Shown one piece after another: positions 61,951 to 64,000 of a stretch of 64,000 bases of DNA. The stretch is from an uncultured Pseudomonadales bacterium (GTDB lineage: Bacteria > Patescibacteriota > Microgenomatia > UBA1400 > UBA1449): the NCBI GenBank assembly GCA_964386355.1, contig CAYLQQ010000003.1, positions 5,880 through 69,879 on the forward strand, in the 5' to 3' direction. The notes under the pieces were generated by a model, which was not told the DNA's origin, did not search any database, and worked only from the letters and a program-made list of their open reading frames with translations. The number at the start of each line of letters is the position of its first letter. The first letter of the stretch is position 1. Position numbers and translations under genes: made by a program.

Positions 61951-63150
61951 CTAGCTTTTATTTTCTAAGACCTCTATTGCTGGTAATGTGTCTTTTTCAA
62001 TAAGCTCAAGCATAGCTCCACCTCCAGTAGAAACATGTGAAATTGCCTTGGTGTCTTCATTACTCTCTATAGCAGAAAGAGTTTCTCCGCCCCCCACCAC
62101 ACTAACAGCCTCTTTGTTTCTTGCTACAGCATGTAATATGGCGTTATTTCCTGTAACAAAAGCATCTTTTTCAATAGCCCCCATGGGACCATTCCAGATG
62201 ATAGTTTTAGCCTGTGCGATAATTTCGCAATAGTCGGTAATCGTCTTTGGACCAATATCTAATGCCTGTAGCTGCATTGGAATAGCCTCTTTTTCAACCA
62301 CACCTTCGCTTTTGCCGGTCTCAAACCTTCCAACTACTACATCAGATGGCAATAATAGTCTTGTTTTTGCCCTCGTTGCCCGCCAAATCAGATTTTGGCA
62401 TAAACGCATGCTTTCTGGGGAATGAATCGATTGGCCAATACCATATCCCAGGGCCTTAAGAAATGTATTAGCCACACCACCACCCAATAGTACATAATCG
62501 GCTTTGATAAATAGTTTTTCAAGGACGGGAATTTTTGTTGTTGCTTTGGCTCCACCAATAATTACCACCAATGGGCTTTGGGGGGCTTCAATGGCATTTC
62601 CAATCATATCCAGCTCTTTTTCTAGGCAAAAACCAGCCACAACAGGACCGTAATGAGCTATACCAACCATAGAAGCGTGTGCCCTATGGCAGTTGCTAAA
62701 AGCCTCATTGACATACACATCTCCAAAACTGGCAAGTGTTTTTGCAAATCCCTCGCCATTAGTTTCTTCATCTGCGTAGTATCGGAGATTCTCAAGAAGC
62801 ACTATTTGGCCATCCACTAAAGACTGTACTTTTGTCACAATTTCTGGTTGAGTATAGTTCTCAACAAAATCCACCCCTACACCCAACAATTCGGAAAGTT
62901 TTACAGCCACGGGCTTAAGGGAATATTGGGGATCAACCTTTCCATCTGGACGACCCAGATGTGACATGAGCACTAAGCGGCTTGGTTTTTGCGCAAGAAT
63001 GTATTGTATGGTTTGCAAGGACTCATGTATTCTAATATCACTTCCCACCACGAAATTTTCTCCGTTTTTTTCGATTGGAACATTATAATCAACACGTACC
63101 AAAACTGATTTACCTTTTAAATCAATATCTTTTACGGTTTTTTTGTTCAT
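61951..63150 (-). CDS. pgk: Phosphoglycerate kinase
   Basis: RVDYNVP, SHLGRP, LLENLR, HRAHAS, WNGPMG, STGGGA. Confidence 0.96.
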   Translation of the reverse strand: MNKKTVKDIDLKGKSVLVRVDYNVPIEKNGENFVVGSDIRIHESLQTIQYILAQKPSRLVLMSHLGRPDGKVDPQYSLKPVAVKLSELLGVGVDFVENYTQPEIVTKVQSLVDGQIVLLENLRYYADEETNGEGFAKTLASFGDVYVNEAFSNCHRAHASMVGIAHYGPVVAGFCLEKELDMIGNAIEAPQSPLVVIIGGAKATTKIPVLEKLFIKADYVLLGGGVANTFLKALGYGIGQSIHSPESMRLCQNLIWRATRAKTRLLLPSDVVVGRFETGKSEGVVEKEAIPMQLQALDIGPKTITDYCEIIAQAKTIIWNGPMGAIEKDAFVTGNNAILHAVARNKEAVSVVGGGETLSAIESNEDTKAISHVSTGGGAMLELIEKDTLPAIEVLENKS

Positions 63151-63259
63151 AGGCAGCTAAAATTTATTTACACCATCATTATACCTATAGATATCACCGT
63201 TCTTCCATAGCTGTTTCAACCACTGTTTGGCAGTGGCAGACCAATGGTATACTAATGAC

Positions 63260-64000
63260 ATGGAACAACACGCCATCCCTCAAAATGTGACCCAGTATCA
63301 ATTTCGCCTCATTGGGAACCTAACACTCAAACAATTTGCTATGCTTGGTGCTTGTATATTGGCTGCGTTTTTACTAAGCAAAACAACTATTTTACCTGTA
63401 ATTTTTCGATATCCCCTCATTGGCCTTTTTGTAGCACTTGGTCTTGGGTTGGCATTTTTACCCTTTGAAGAGCGCTCTCTAGATGTGTGGTTGATTAATT
63501 TTATCAAGTCAATCTATAGCCCCACGCAATATTTATGGAGAACATCTGGAGAGATCCCAGACTATCTCTCACAAGACACGTCAAATGGGCATATTGTCAA
63601 TCACCCTGCAGTAGCTCTTTCCAAAAACAGGCTTCAGCCTTATTTGCAATCAATACAAAAACAACCACAAAACCCAATTGACACATATGAGCAAGATCGG
63701 GTTGGGAAAATATATAACCTGTTTTATGATTCACAACCCAATCAACCCTCCCAACAGGCAAATAGACCAGTGCAAACCAATAACGCACCAACTCAGTTTT
63801 CACCGGCTCCATTTCAAAACCAACCCCAGACAAACAAACCAGAATCGCCACAAAACAAGCCAATCGCCACACGACACCCAATTATTGGTAATTCCCAGCA
63901 AATAATTTCCAACCAATCAACCGAAACATCACCAATTGGTAATATGGTTTCAGCAACTACCCAAACCAATCCACCTATTCAGATTATGTCTGCCCCACCC
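63260..64000 (+). CDS. PrgI-family membrane protein, runs off the window's right edge
   Basis: Hand translation MEQHAIPQNVTQYQFRLIGNLTLKQF, two TMs, ERSLDVWL.NFIKS..SPTQYLW, then a Q/P/N-rich tail open to 64000. Confidence 0.8.
   Translation, partial: MEQHAIPQNVTQYQFRLIGNLTLKQFAMLGACILAAFLLSKTTILPVIFRYPLIGLFVALGLGLAFLPFEERSLDVWLINFIKSIYSPTQYLWRTSGEIPDYLSQDTSNGHIVNHPAVALSKNRLQPYLQSIQKQPQNPIDTYEQDRVGKIYNLFYDSQPNQPSQQANRPVQTNNAPTQFSPAPFQNQPQTNKPESPQNKPIATRHPIIGNSQQIISNQSTETSPIGNMVSATTQTNPPIQIMSAPP

Overview
Chromosomal window from a small-genome bacterium. Gene content and style (divergent rRNAs, PrgI-like protein, giant tail-fibre-like surface protein, stand-alone 5'-3' exonuclease, HisKA_7TM-type kinase) point to Patescibacteria/CPR, most likely Microgenomates; this is an inference. 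Genetic code 11 fits, since TGA terminates genes. Most genes lie on the minus strand. Main contents: (1) a tightly packed five-gene cluster at 1004-7699, MIO-type aromatic amino-acid lyase/mutase -> PaaK-like adenylate/CoA ligase -> Rv1355c-like ThiF enzyme -> 7TM/GAF histidine kinase -> stand-alone receiver, the best candidate for an undescribed small-molecule signal synthesis-and-sensing system; (2) a split rRNA locus in which 16S and tRNA-Ala/23S/5S have separate promoters, with protein genes (including sod) and a decayed tRNA-Ile copy between them; (3) a group I intron with a LAGLIDADG endonuclease after 23S position ~2604 that appears to use a C-A pair at its 5' splice site; (4) a 2.4 kb AT-rich ORF-free tract before a 2131-aa HTH-TM-adhesin protein; (5) housekeeping genes (rpsA, mnmA, fbaB, trxA/B, pyrH, lgt, pth, ftsH, trpS, transketolase, rpe, pgk). 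Also seen: pervasive leaderless promoters, dispersed heptamer/octamer inverted-repeat elements, and three interrupted genes. All calls come from motif reading by eye; no database searches were run.
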